A stretch of 63,930 bases of DNA, filler included, from Nemertoderma westbladi (Eukaryota > Animalia > Xenacoelomorpha): NCBI GenBank assembly GCA_032718475.1. It is 4 parts of 4 records of this genome, joined end to end, with 100 filler letters (N's around TTAATTAATTAA, not from the genome) between each part and the next. Parts side by side here need not be neighbours in the genome. Positions count along the whole stretch, not along the records: positions 1 to 29,843 come from JAUCBJ010004335.1; 3 more parts are not named here. One strand, given 5' to 3'. The notes under the pieces were generated by a model. It was given only the letters and a program-made list of their open reading frames with translations, searched no databases and was not told where the DNA came from. Each line of letters starts with the position of its first letter. Positions within the stretch are counted from its first letter, which is position 1. Shown here piece by piece: positions 1 to 13,978 of this stretch. The translations under genes were made by a program, and so were the position numbers.

Positions 1-902
1 AGATCGATGGCCATAAGTAAATTCTACTTGGAAAATTTAGAGGAAACTTAGAGAAATCTGGCTGCATAAATTACACTGGGCCTGAGTTGGCTGACTGTTG
101 GATACACTAACTAATTGGACTGATTACTGCTGTACTCTTATATTATTCTTAATGCTTAACCTTTGTAAATATTCGTTTATGATTTATAAGGAGAAATATG
201 CGGTACTGTACTGGTTACGGTACTGGACGCAAATCCCATCGTGGCGAATTAATATCCCGCCTCAATGTTAAATTCTCAATTTAGGGAAAGGAACAGGGTA
301 CAGAGGCACGTTATTTTAACCAAAACAATAAACTAAACACAATAGAACTGGTTACAGTTTTATTTTTGAGAGTAATCAGCTATTATTTGCGTCGAATTTC
401 CCCTGGAGAGGGATGAATTTTATTGCGTCCAATTTCCCCCTCCCCCCCCCCTCCCCCCCCCCCCTATCTGCTCAATTCAGCATATTATGTACAACTGTGT
501 CTTTCAGCCAGAGTAAACATACACTAAAGGACATGCAGACTGTGATCTTTCTTAGTTTTGTGTTGTAATTGCCGTCAGACATAGACCTGTTTGGTTATCT
601 GGAGCACGACATTCCAAACGGAACTGTTAATACAATCCCTGTAGGTCCATATTGCTGCTAGGAATTACTGTATATTGCGAGAATCGATCGAGTGATGCAC
701 ATGCGCCTATTTGATCCTGCCAATATATTTGAGACTCCCTTTGAGTCATACGCAGCGTTTGATTTATATTTGATGCTACACGACCGGCAAATTTTGAGTG
801 AGAATTCTGTGATTTATCAAATTGCGTTTGTTAGAAAATTGTGGAAGTTACAAAAGCGCGAACAGATAGATGGCGACGGAACTGGTCTGGTAAAGAACTG
901 CC

Positions 903-3790
903 TGGTACGGTTCCAGGTACGGTACTGGTACGGTAATGGTACGGTTCCAGGTACGGTACTGGTACGGTACTGGTACGGTTCCAGGTACGGTACTGGTACG
1001 GTTCCAGGTACGGTACTGGTATGGTACTGGTACGGTTCCAGGTACGGTACTGGTACGGTACTGGTACGGTTCCAGGTACGGTACTGGTACGGTTCCAGGT
1101 ACGGTACTGGTACGGTTCCAGGTACGGTACTGGTACGGTTCCAGGTACGGTACTGGTACGGTTCCAGGTACGGTACTGGTACGGTACTGGTATGGTACTG
1201 GTACAGTACTGGTACAGTACTGGTACAGTACTGGTACGGTACTGGTACGGTTCCAGGTATGGTACTGGTACGGTTCCAGGTACGGTACTGGTACGGTACT
1301 GGTACGGTTCCAGGTACGGTACTGGTACGGTACTGGTACAGTTCCAGGTTCGGTACTGGTACGGTTCCAGGTACGGTACTGGTACGGTTCCAGGTACGGT
1401 ACTGGTACGGTTCCAGGTACGGTACTGGTACAGTTCCAGGTTCGGTACTGGTACGGTTCCAGGTACGGTACTGGTACGGTTCCAGGTACGGTACTGGTAC
1501 GGTTCCAGGTACGGTACTGGTATGGTTCCAGGTACGGTACTGGTACGGTACTGGTACGGTTCCAGGTACGGTACTGGTACGGTTCCAGGTACGGTACTGG
1601 TACGGTACTGGTACGGTACTGGTACGGTACTGGTACGGTTCCAGGTACGGTACTGGTACGGTACAGGTACGGTTCCAGGTATGGCACTGGTACGGTTCCA
1701 GGTACGGTACTGGTACGGTACAGGTACGGTACTGGTACAGTATTGATACGGTTCTGGTACGGTACTGGTACGGTACTGGTACGGTTCCAGGTATGGTACA
1801 GATACGGTACTGGTACGGTTCCAGGTACGGTACTGGTACGGTTCCAGGTACGGTACTGGTACGGTTCCTGGTATGGTACTGGTACGGTTCCAGGTACGTA
1901 CTGGCACGGTATTGGTACGGTTCCAGGTACGGTACTGGTACGGTTCCAGGTACGGTACTGGTACGGTTCCAGGTATGGTACAGATACGGTACTGGTACGG
2001 TATTGGTACGGTTCCAGGTACGGTATTGGTACGGTTCCAGGTACGGTACTGGTACGGTTCCAGGTACGGTACTGGTACGGTATTGGTACGGTTCCAGGTA
2101 CGGTACTGGTACGGTACTGGTACGGTACTGGTACGGTTCCAGGTACGGTACTGGTACGGTTCCTGGTATGGTACTGGTACGGTTCCAGGTACGTACTGGT
2201 ACGGTATTGGTACGGTTCCAGGTACGGTACTGGTACGGTTCCAGGTATGGTACAGATACGGTACTGGTACGGTTCCAGGTACGGTACTGGTACGGTACTG
2301 GTACGGTACTGGTACGGTTCCAGGTACGGTACTGGTACGGTTCCAGGTATGGTACAGATACGGTTCCAGGTACGGTACTGGTACGGTTCCAGGTATGGTA
2401 CAGATACGGTACTGGTACGGTTCCAGGTACGGTACTGGTACGGTACTGGTACGGTACTGGTACGGTACTGGTACGGTACTGGTACGGTTCCAGGTACGGT
2501 ACTGGTACGGTTCCAGGTATGGTACAGATACGGTACTGGTACGGTTCCAGGTACGGTACTGGTACGGTTCCAGGTATGGTACAGATACGGTACTGGTACG
2601 GTTCCAGGTACGGTACTGGTACGGTACTGGTACGGTACTGGTACGGTTCCAGGTACGGTACTGGTACGGTTCCAGGTATGGTACAGATACGGTACTGGTA
2701 CGGTTCCAGGTACGGTACTGGTACGGTATTGGTACGGTTCCAGGTACGGTACTGGTACGGTACTGGTACGGTACTGGTACGGTTCCAGGTACGGTACTGG
2801 TACGGTTCCTGGTATGGTACTGGTACGGTTCCAGGTACGGTACTGGTACGGTATTGGTACGGTTCCAGGTACGGTACTGGTACGGTTCCAGGTACGGTAC
2901 TGGTACGGTTCCAGGTATGGTACAGATACGGTACTGGTACGGTTCCAGGTACGGTACTGGTACGGTTCCAGGTACGGTACTGGTACGGTACTGGTACGGT
3001 ACTGGTACGGTTCCAGGTATGGTACTGGTACGGTTCCAGGTACGGTACTGGTACGGTTCCAGGTATGGTACAGATACGGTACTGGTACGGTTCCAGGTAC
3101 GGTACTGGTACGGTTCCAGGTACGGTACTGGTACGGTACTGGTACGGTTCCAGGTATGGTACAGATACGGTACTGGTACGGTTCCAGGTACGGTACTGGT
3201 ACGGTACTGGTACGGTACTGGTACGGTACAGGTACGGTTCCAGGTATGGTACAGATACGGTACTGGTACGGTTCCAGGTACGGTACTGGTACGGTACTGG
3301 TACGGTACTGGTACGGTACTGGTACGGTTCCAGGTATGGTACAGATACGGTACTGGTACGGTTCCAGGTACGGTACTGGTACGGTACTGGTACGGTACTG
3401 GTACGGTACTGGTACGGTACTGGTACGGTACTGGTACGGTACTGGTACGGTTCCAGGTATGGTACAGATACGGTACTGGTACGGTTCCAGGTACGGTACT
3501 GGTACGGTACTGGTACGGTACTGGTACGGTACTGGTACGTACTGGTACGGTACTGGTACGGTACTGGTACGGTACAGGTACGGTACAGGTACGGTACTGG
3601 TACGGTACTGGTACGGTTCCAGGTACGGTACTGGTACGGTACTGGTACGGTACTGGTACGGTACTGGTACGGTACTGGTACGGTACTGGTACGGTACAGG
3701 TACGGTACAGGTACGGTACTGGTACGGTACTGGTACGGTACTGGTACGGTACTGGTACGGTTCCAGGTACGGTACTGGTACGGTTCCCAG
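903..3790. repeat. Minisatellite of mixed 11/12-bp units (GGTACGGTACT, GGTACGGTTCCA) plus a GGTATGGTACAGATAC variant
   Basis: Directly visible tandem array; the units lack stop codons, which explains the long ORFs in all six frames. Confidence 0.98.
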
Positions 3791-4650
3791 GCACACTGAT
3801 TCATTACGTGTATCGAATTTCTTCAGATACATTTCCACGAATATAGGCCTAAGGTGTGTAATGTCTTTGTCATCGATGCCATATTATCTATTGGTTTTAA
3901 TATGTAAGTAAATGTTACATTACCAATAGGAATATCCAGAGAGTATAATGTTTCACACTTCATCATGGGGCAGCAATCGGACATTATTGAGCACTTTCTC
4001 GAAATGGGGTGTTTTTAACCTGCAAGGTGATCCAAGTTGTAAATCAGCTTTGACCTACATAAATTATGATGGCGGAAGACTGGGAACCGAATTCGCTTAA
4101 CTTCGGAACACCGATAATTCGCGCATCAAATAGATATTGCTGTGGACCTAAATTCGATTGAAGGGAACCTGAGTTCGCAATTTCAACGATTATATAATTT
4201 CAAAATCAGAGCGTGTGGGGATTTTAATAAAGACGAGACCTGCAATATATATGATGATATGTGATATGAAATTTTTTGCTACCTTTTTTTTCGAAAAAAG
4301 GTAATACTGTATAGGCCTATGTAACTAATGGCATTGGAGTTGAGCTGTTAATGCAACTGTAATTAAAGGTGTAATATTATGCATACAGTATAATTCCATA
4401 ACCGCATATATATAAACCGTCGGTGTTGGTTGCTGTTCAGTAAGAAGTTTCGGACACTTCAAAGTATTCAATATTTGCCCTACATGTCTGTCTATACAAA
4501 ATGTATTGCGTTTAGACTAGGCTTATCATTGCAGGTGGATACCCCTTTTATTAACATACAGTAGTCTAGACATGTGTTATGTTAACAAATAAGTGTTTAG
4601 AAAATCGCAGTGATTAATCTACAGTATATGTTAGCGGGTTTCTGTGGAAT

Positions 4651-4766
4651 TAGGCTTTCTGCAGAAAGCCTAGGCTTTTTGAATAACTCGAGGCTTTCTG
4701 CACAAAGCCTTTGCTTTCTGAATAACTCTAGGCTTTCTGCTCAAAGCCTTTGCTCTCTGAATAACT
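4651..4766. repeat. 39-bp tandem repeat, about 3 copies, with internal palindrome (AGGCTTTCTGCAGAAAGCCT)
   Basis: AGGCTTTCTGC recurs at 4652, 4691 and 4730. Confidence 0.9.
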
Positions 4767-5841
4767 AAATCCAGTGAATATAGATCTCACTTATACTGTA
4801 TTGTTAGTGTAAAGCATATAATAACGACAGAATTTGGTAAGGTGAACTTGGACATTATTGAAAATATTTTTGTATTATTATTATAAGTACCATACGGTTG
4901 TGCTTGCATATCAATAGTGTCGCATCGGTTTATTGATTCAACCTATCCTTTTTAGGTTCGCGTCCGCGTAGCGAGATCTCTAGTATTCACATGTGGAGGA
5001 AATTTCAAGCTCAGCCAGCCACTACTAAATGTAAATCCACGTCATTCATAACCCATGTGTATTCCAAAATTTACCTCTGATATCTGCCGTAAAAAAGTGT
5101 TATCGTTATTATTCGAAAAGTAGTGTTTGATTTTTGTATTAGTCGATTCCGTGGTATGCAGGCAGTAACTTTGGCGTGCCGTTGATTGAGTATTACTGTA
5201 TACTATACTGTAGGTATGTAAAACGGATGCTTGTTGGAACAATGATGTGATAAAAGGTAGATTTTTGTTGTTTTGTATGTATTTCCCAAATTAATTTGAA
5301 TGTTTCAAGTATTTGTAATTTGTCTATAAGTAGTATATTTAATTAATTGTTTGTATACATAGTAGTGGCTCATGTTTCCGGTAGTGACTGAAGGTAATTG
5401 CAGATACAGTATGTTGCCATTCCCAAAAATCGTTTACATGTGACAGTTGAGGGTGCTGCAGGATTCAGCCATATTGGGGCCCGGGACTAACATAAATTTG
5501 GGTCCTCCTTTCAGTTTTATAAGATATTAAATAATATTTCACTACAGTCCCAATCCCAATAAACATTAACTTGGTCGTTTTGGCGGCCAAAATGACCAAA
5601 ATCACCAAAAAAATGTAGTGTATTCCTATGGGCTACTTGGTCGTTTTGGCGAAGCGATTTAACTCGAATCAGCTCAATCCAGACTGTCTGTCTCCTTGGC
5701 CATCCATTTGGTGGATCTGACTAAATGTCGGCTCGCTTTCATTTTTATTATTGACAGATTGTTAACTTACACGGCGCAGAGCCTTGCAGTACTGGAGTCC
5801 GCCCACTGAGGCATTGATAGAGTACACAGTCTTATAAAAGG

Positions 5842-7037
5842 TGTTCGCGCTTTTAGACCTTTAGCAGTTTAACCTGCCAAATTTAGATGTCTTCTAGGTT
5901 ATAAATCGACTTTAGCCTATGACGAGTATTTGTTACACTACATTAGCCGAAGCCAGTCTATGCGCGACCATTCACCCGCTGGATATACCCGGGAGACTGG
6001 ATTCGGAAGCTTTGACCTTATTGCGGTGTAGGCCTACTGTATTATTCGACTGATCGTTAATATATAATTTCTGACAAATATTATTCACTTTCGGGAAATA
6101 TCAACAGTTCCTTTAGGACGTGGCGCTCTAAATATTTAAACAGAGTTATGACTTACACTAGACACAACGGGATGGCTATGGATTCACGTATAAAGCGCAT
6201 TCTTTAGGAGATGCTTTGTTATCAGTCACAATCATGCACACTACCGCACAATACTGCACACCGATCTGCCGACCTTCCCTAATTTTAGTCACATATAAAG
6301 AGAACAGCAACCGACACATGTAGTGCCTATGAAATAGCATTAGATTCACTCCAAAACCAATATAATGTAAGTCGCAATTGTTATATGTAACCGGTCTCTT
6401 ACCTTCAGTATATCAAGAAGATTGGGGGTTTTATGATTATTTATCGATATTATCCAAATATAATAATATTCCATCAACTGATATAATTAATAACCGACAG
6501 TAAATAGCAGTAAAAATGCGGTGTTTGTAGTTGACAATATGATTTGCATTGATATGCAGTGTGTTGAGTTAATATGGTTTGATTTGATAACAGTTATAAG
6601 TTTCTATGACCAAAGCCTACTAATGTTTGGCTAAAGTCTGAAACTTCCACAGAAGTACAGAAGAATCCTAAGCCGGTGTTCTGGGCTTAGAAAGATACAC
6701 ACACTGAATTGCATGAGTTTCTGTATACAATCTCCAGCACAGAGTGAAAACCGCTCTGATTGGTCGACCGAACAAAGAACGAACAAAGAACAAAGAAAAA
6801 GTTACACGTGGACACAGCTGATAGATGTCGTCATCGGAGTTCCGATGTTTAGAGTATTTGGCTTATTGCAACATGAAATCGCTAGTTATGTCCGCTAAAG
6901 TACACATACAGAAGAAATGGCTTTTTATGTCCACTAAAACACCGGTACAGTAAGGAAACGGCTTTTTATGCCCGTTAAAACAACTACAGAGTACTTTGCG
7001 GGGAAAATAACCAGCTAATTCCGCAAAAGCCTTTACA
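5842..7037 (-). repeat. 3' LTR (1196 bp)
   Basis: Near-identical to 15791-16984, about 15 differences by eye. Confidence 0.95.
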
Positions 7038-8247
7038 CCGCTCCCAGAAAATGGGATTTAATTCTATAAAATATAAAAAATCACAGTTTCTAAAATATAA
7101 AAATACTCTAAACAGTTAGTCTTTCTTACGTGGACGGCGTTTACGCAGTTTTTTGAGGCTAGCAAGAGTCCTTTTCTCTTTGGGGCGAGCCACTTTACTA
7201 GGAGGGCTATAACTCCTGGGTAAAGGGTGCAATACAATTGCATCGGAAGGTTTAGGGTTATGGTCGATGTCTCATCCATTTCGATATGCTTCTCCTCGAG
7301 CTGATTTTCCTCCGCTTATCATTGGATGCATTCGTCCAAAAACTCTTGCTGAGAATAGGGTCGTCTAAGTTCGATATCTTCTTAGAGATTCTGGATTTTC
7401 TGATCGAACTGAGATAAAGCAAATTAGTTTACCGCTTGGACTTGCTGCTGCAATTTACGTTTCTCTAAACAATTATAGGTTCCTTTTCCGATCTTTTGAC
7501 GAATAGTGTCCAACGCGTTTCGTACAACTCTCTTCTACGCCTCGGTGACAGGTTGTATCGGGTTAAACCGGGACGATGATAAGGTTGAATGGCGATATTA
7601 GATGTCCGCGTCCCAATCCGACTAGGTAAGATGGGCGAATATTTAGGGAGCCCACAACCGGAGTGCCACCGACTAACTGTTCGTGTAACACTAGATCTTT
7701 GAACAGTGAGTACAGTTCGGGAGGATCCGTGATACTATTAGGATCAAGAGTCTGAGGTCTAACTAGGGAATGAGGAGGTCTGACCGAGTATTCCGGAACT
7801 CTGATCATAGGTTTATTTAAGGATCGTTTGAATAGAGCGAGCATAGGTGATACATCGAACAAGTTTCGCTCGAAACTCCCGTAAATATAGCGAGTAAAAC
7901 CGCGTTTAAAGCAACGTCTCCACGGATGTTTATGTCTTTCCGTTTGTTGGTTGGGTCTTGGGCATTCATCGTAATAATACCAAAGACGCACGTCTTGTAG
8001 GGGAAACGCGGGTGATATTTATTCGGTTTTTACAACGTTTCTCTCAAGAATTCCAAATATACGTTGGAGTTACTGCGTTTATCCGGTTCTTTAACGTCTT
8101 CTCTTTCGAGTCGATTTCGAATAGAATTTTCGCATTCTATTTTCAGTTTATCGTTCCGACTCCACTGGGTAGGATATTTAAATAAAACCATTTCCCTTTC
8201 GGTGTCTACATCGTCCGTATCGTGTAAATCGATAGGATGGCCGGTAG

Positions 8248-9780
8248 TTAAGAAGTCCATATGCGTACCATTACGATGCGTATAGCGAGCAGTGAATTTT
8301 TGATAGTCCAATTCACGCGTAAGTTGCTCCTGGGACATCGGCGGTTCGATATAACGACCATCGTCCTTATATGAATTCTCTTAGGAGACGTAGGAGGAGT
8401 TTTTCTTACCTGTTCTCTCCTGTCATGGGTTCGAGACTTAAATTTACTTACGTCCTTAGGCGCTTTGTTGTCATAGTAAGATCTTTCAGTGTCTCTCCCG
8501 CTGTCTTCCTCTTGAGAAGCCTGGCTTTCGCCGTCGTCTGTATAACACACTGGTATTACCTTTCTCCTAGAAACGGGTTTCTCACTTACCTTATTTTCTG
8601 GTGTCTTCTCTCTGGACTGCTTTAGGAGCTGTAATTTTACATCTCCATCTAAGAATGACATGAGATCAGCCATGGTAGGATCTCTTCGTTGTTGTTCCAT
8701 CATATATAACACTGTCTTGTCCCAGCGTGTATCTAATCCGCCCTTGGGCAAATTAGATGCTAAGGCTCCTACAACCATAGAATTCTGGTATTCATGAGAC
8801 TTACCTAACCAATCTAGTTGTCTACAGATCTCCTGAATCTCGTCGGAAAACTCTATAATCCCGCTGCTAAGAAACTTTCGGGGCGCCATTAATTTCGCAT
8901 ATAAATACCTAGCTATGTTAGTCCTATTACCATACCTGATGTTCAGTGTATCCCAAACTTGTCTTAATCCATCTGGATGTCCAATAAACTTTAACGCCAT
9001 TAACTTGGGAGATCCTTCCAAGCACTCGATGAGGAATCTAAATTTCTCTCCGTTAGATAGCACAGAGTTCTGTATGTTATCTTTATAATATTCATTAAAA
9101 GGTAACCATTTCATCTCATCTCCATTGAACTTGACGATCTCTCCCACCTTTACCGCTTGACGGGCTTCGGTTCTAGCCATTTGACGCGTAAAACTTTCTT
9201 GGGCCATCGTGTTATTTAATATCGAGTTATTGGTATATAAATTTCTCGGATTATTATCAAGTCTATATGGAATATCATTGTCAACAGGTTTATAATTACC
9301 CTTAATAGGGTTTACTATAGGAGTTTCCACTTCACTAGCAGTATAGATGCGTGTAGGCTCCACACCTTGCGCATGAAATACTTCAGACCTAACAGGTTGA
9401 CACATTGTTACAGGGGGTGGTGGTATACCCTTTTGTGTATTTACTAATTTATCGCGTTCTAACGCGATACTTTGCTGCACTTCTTGCAACTCTAATCTAC
9501 TTTCCCTTACTGTTCCCTTAAACTGATGAACAGTCTCCTGCATCTGCCCGAGCAGGAGATTCATCCCCCGCCGCCCCTCATCCACCCACTCGACCGCCGA
9601 AGCGGGAGCCGCCAACATAGTAGCGGGCAGACGAGGGACAACGGGCGACAAATCATTGATATTTCGCTCGGAGTCCAGGACAGGAACTGTCTCAGGGGTT
9701 GTTCTGTGGGGCACAGGTAGTTTAGTGCTATGCAAAGGGAATTTAGAGGTAGGTTCTGGGAGTACAGGTGTCTCTATCAC
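8248..9780 (-). pseudogene. Duplicated gag segment (second copy of the DUF1759-like region)
   Basis: 8201-9874 duplicates 9877-11550 at offset 1676; the two 510-aa ORFs differ at about 6 residues. Confidence 0.9.
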
Positions 9781-9923
9781 GGAAGGGGTGGCTTCGAGAA
9801 CACAGGCCTAATTATTTCAGGCTCATCTACTATAGTAGGGAGTCTTTCTATTTTAATTATTTGGTCTGTGGGTTGGGGTGTCTACATCGTCCGTATCGTG
9901 TAAATCGATAGGATGGCCGGTAG

Positions 9924-12900
9924 TTAAGAAGTCCATATGCGTACCATTACGATGCGTATAGCGAGTAGTGAATTTTTGATAGTCCAATTCACGCGTAAGT
10001 TGCTCCTGGGACATCGGCGGTTCGATATAATGACCATCGTCCTTATATGAATTCTCTTAGGAGACGTAGGAGGAGTTTTTCTTACCTGTTCTCTCCTGTC
10101 ATGGGTTCGAGACTTAAATTTACTTACGTCCTTAGGCGCTTTGTTGTCATAGTAAGATCTTTCAGTGTCTCTCCCGCTGTCTTCCTCTTGAGAAGCCTGG
10201 CTTTCGCCGCCGTCTGTATAACACACTGGTATTACCTTTCTCCTAGAAACGGGTTTCTCACTTACCTTATTTTCTGGTGTCTTCTCTCTGGACTGCTTTA
10301 GGAGCTGTAATTTTACATCTCCATCTAAGAATGACATGAGATCAGCCATGGTAGGATCTCTTCGTTGTTGTTCCATCATATATAACACTGTCTTGTCCCA
10401 GCGTGTACCTAATCCGCCCTTGGGCAAATTAGATGCTAAGGCTCCTACAACCATAGAATTCTGGTATTCATGAGACTTACCTAACCAATCTAGTTGTCTA
10501 CAGATCTCCTGAATCTCGTCGGAAAACTCTATAATCCCGCTGCTAAGAAACTTTCGGGGCGCCATTAATTTCGCATATAAATACCTAGCTATGTTAGTCC
10601 TATTACCATACCTGATGTTCAGTGTATCCCAAACTTGTCTTAATCCATCTGGATGTCCAATAAACTTTAACGCCATTAACTTGGGAGATCCTTCCAAGCA
10701 CTCGATGAGGAATCTAAGTTTCTCTCCGTTAGATAGCACAGAGTTCTGTATGTTATCTTTATAATATTCATTAAAAGGTAACCATTTCATCTCATCTCCA
10801 TTGAACTTGACGATCTCTCCCACCTTTACCGCTTGACGGGCTTCGGTTCTAGCCATTTGACGCGTAAAACTTTCTTGGGCCATCGTGTTATTTAATATCG
10901 AGTTATTGGTATATAAATTTCTCGGATTATTATCAAGTCTATATGGAATATCATTGTCAACAGGTTTATAATTACCCTTAATAGGGTTTACTATAGGAGT
11001 TTCCACTTCACTAGCAGTATAGATGCGTGTAGGCTCCACACCTTGCGCATGAAATACTTCAGACCTAACAGGTTGACACATTGTTACAGGGGGTGGTGGT
11101 ATACCCTTTTGTGTATTTACTAATTTATCGCGTTCTAACGCGATACTTTGCTGCACTTCTTGCAACTCTAATCTACTTTCCCTTACTGTTCCCTTAAACT
11201 GATGAACAGTCTCCTGCATCTGCCCGAGCAGGAGATTCATCCCCTGCCGCCCCTCATCCACCCACTCGACCGCCGAAGCGGGAGCCGCCAACATAGTAGC
11301 GGGCAGACGAGGGACAACGGGCAACAAATCATTGATATTTCGCTCGGAGTCCAGGACAGGAACTGTCTCAGGGGTTGTTCTGTGGGGCACAGGTAGTTTA
11401 GTGCTATGCAAAGGGAATTTAGAGGTAGGTTCTGGGAGTACAGGTGTCTCTATCACCGAAGGGGTGGCTTCGAGAACACAGGCCTAATTATTTCAGGCTC
11501 ATCTACTATAGTAGGGAGTCTTTCTATTTTAATTATTTGGTCTGTGGGTTCTGTACTACCTAAGTCTGTGTTAGTTAGTTGCCTTCTAACAGCTGGGGGC
11601 AAATCAGGCAATTTCTGACGGTGGGACATTCTTCTACGTCTGCTTAGACGAGATCTATTTCCTCCGCCTTCAGGATCGGTGGTATCGCCTTCATCAGATG
11701 ATGTATATCCCTGTCTTTTGGAGTAGATCGATTCATCATCTGCATATGACTAGCTGTTAACTGTTTATTTATGCAGTCTTGATTCTCTTGAATATTTTCC
11801 AACTCTAGTTGGGTGGTCTCTTCAGACGCTCTTCGTTCTGCTTCTGCCACTGCTATTTTTCTTTCCACTTCTGCCGCTGCCTCTGCTGCTTTTCTTTCCG
11901 CTTCTGCCGCTGCCGCTTTTCTTTCCGCTTCTACTGCTGCAGCTGCCGCTTTTGCCTCTGCCGCTGCCTCTGCCGCTTTTCTTTCCACTTCTGCCACTTT
12001 TCTTTCTGCTTCTGCCGCTGCCACTGCCGCTGCTGCAGTCTTTCTGTCTTCTATACGTTTTTTCTTGACTTGTTCTTCTTGGACTCTAGCGATGCGGAGG
12101 CGTTCATCAAATTTAGCTTGGTTCGCAGCTATCATATCCGCATCGATTGCGTCCAACACAAGCTTGGCTCCTTCACTATTAGGGCGAAGTCCAGACAGCC
12201 GTCTCCTCAACTCTTCGTCACCTACAAATCGTTGATAGTCTGACAGATAGATGTCAATAGCATCCCTCTTATGCGGTTTCTCAGCTGTCGCTTCACTTTC
12301 CACTTGGGAAAAGGTAGCGTCTGTTGATTCTCCATGGGTTGAGCGCTCAGCCAGCCGAGCTGTCCACTGGGCCGTTCCTTGAACCTGGAGACTCACCCGC
12401 TGGAACCAAGTCTTTACTGCAACTTGCAACGACGTGTCTTGTCTTCTTTTCGAAGCTTCCTCAAAGGCCGATAGGATTAGTCTGATTCTTAGAATTCTTT
12501 CTCGAACTTGATAAAGCAGCTCTCCCTGCTCTTGAGGTCCTTGGGGTTGTCGAAACAGTTGTTCCTCTAATCTCTCCAAAGAGCTGAAGAATCTCCCTCT
12601 ACGTATCCTGCTGCCGACCTCTTCCATACAGCTGGATCGCTGGTGTCTTTTGTCACTCCCATCCTGTGTATGTCTTCCCAGGCAGCTTCCGATAAGTCAA
12701 ACGGGAGTCCGGGTCCGGGGAAGTTCCATTGCGACTCGACAATAGACTTCAGTTCTTCCCTTGTGTATCCCGCATAACTATCCTTGGTCGATCGCTTACT
12801 TCTCGCCCAATCAATCTGGTGTTCCTCCACCGCAATCAATACCCTAGTGAGTACGGCTGCAGGAAGGATGAGAAGGGGATCCGAATAAACCGCATCTGCC

Positions 12901-13217
12901 ATCTTTGCTCCGCGCTCGGGTGTCAGCTCTACAGTGTCCGCACTACTGGAGCTGTCTGGCCGCTGAGAAATAAGTTCTCGGCTCGAGTGTTGCTGCTGTT
13001 CCGCTGCTTCTTGGTCCCGCTTGACCTGAGCTCGAGTGCCTATGATAGACCTATGGTGTTGGACTAGCCTAGGATCTGATACTACTACTGGAGGGATGAT
13101 CTTTCTTACAGTAGGAGGTGAGTTGAACTTCGGTCTCACACGTTCCACACTCCTGTCTGGGTCACAGATGGTTGTATCTAAGAGACTGTCTGACAGGTTT
13201 TGCTTTGTGTCAGACAT
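9924..13217 (-). pseudogene. BEL/Pao gag-like polyprotein broken into three ORFs (13217-12567, 12627-11644, 11456-9924)
   Basis: Consecutive minus-strand ORFs in shifted frames, with an AAEAERK coiled-coil repeat and a DUF1759-like region. Confidence 0.8.
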
Positions 13218-13354
13218 GTTTCTTTGTACAGTTGAATACCTACTGCTATATTACAGTTAAAGCAAGTCTAGTAATTCAGTATCACCGTTAGCCTAGTAAT
13301 TAATTACTGATATCGTTACTCTATGTAACGTGATATATATACAATATATTAGAG

Positions 13355-13978
13355 TACCGGTATATACTTATAGTATATATAAGTATTATTACAGACTAGG
13401 TTTGTTTCAGAATACCGGTATATAATTTCAGCACAAATATATATAAATATATAATATGCCTATCGTGAATACCGGTATACAGCTTACACTTATAGTATAT
13501 ATAAGTATAATTATTTCAGACTAGATTTGTCACAGAATACTGGTATATAATTTCAGCACAAATATATATAAATATATAATAGGCCTATCGTGAATACCGG
13601 TATACAGCTTACACTTATAGTATATATAAGTATAATTATTACAGACTAGATTTGTCACAGAATACCGGTATATAATTTCAGCACAAATATATATAAATAT
13701 ATAATAGGCCTATCGTGAATACCGGTATACAGCTTACACTTATAGTATATATAAGTATAATTATTACAGACTAGATTTGTCACAGAATACCAGTATATAA
13801 TTTCAGCACAAATATATATAAATATATAATAGGCCTATCGTGAATACCGGTATACAGCTTACACTTATAGTATATATAAGTATAATTATGGACTAGAATT
13901 AATTACAGAATACCGGTATATAATTTCAGCCTAAATTTATAGAAATAAATATAATAAGCCTATCGTAAATACCGGTAT
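13355..13978. repeat. 125-bp tandem repeat, about 5 copies, in the 5' UTR of the LTR element
   Basis: Unit marker AATAC(C/T)(G/A)GTATATAATTTCAGC at 13411, 13536, 13661, 13786 and 13909. Confidence 0.92.

Noticed and set aside
692-3911. ~1000-aa ORFs in all six frames
   Set aside because: By-product of a stop-free 11/12-bp repeat; the same peptides rotate through the frames.
4958-4984. Helitron 3' end (hairpin plus CTAG)
   Set aside because: Weak stem and no identifiable 5' end or second copy in the window.
11809-12243. Cys/Phe-rich and Ala/Ser-rich plus-strand ORFs
   Set aside because: Antisense shadows of the AAEAERK repeat in gag.
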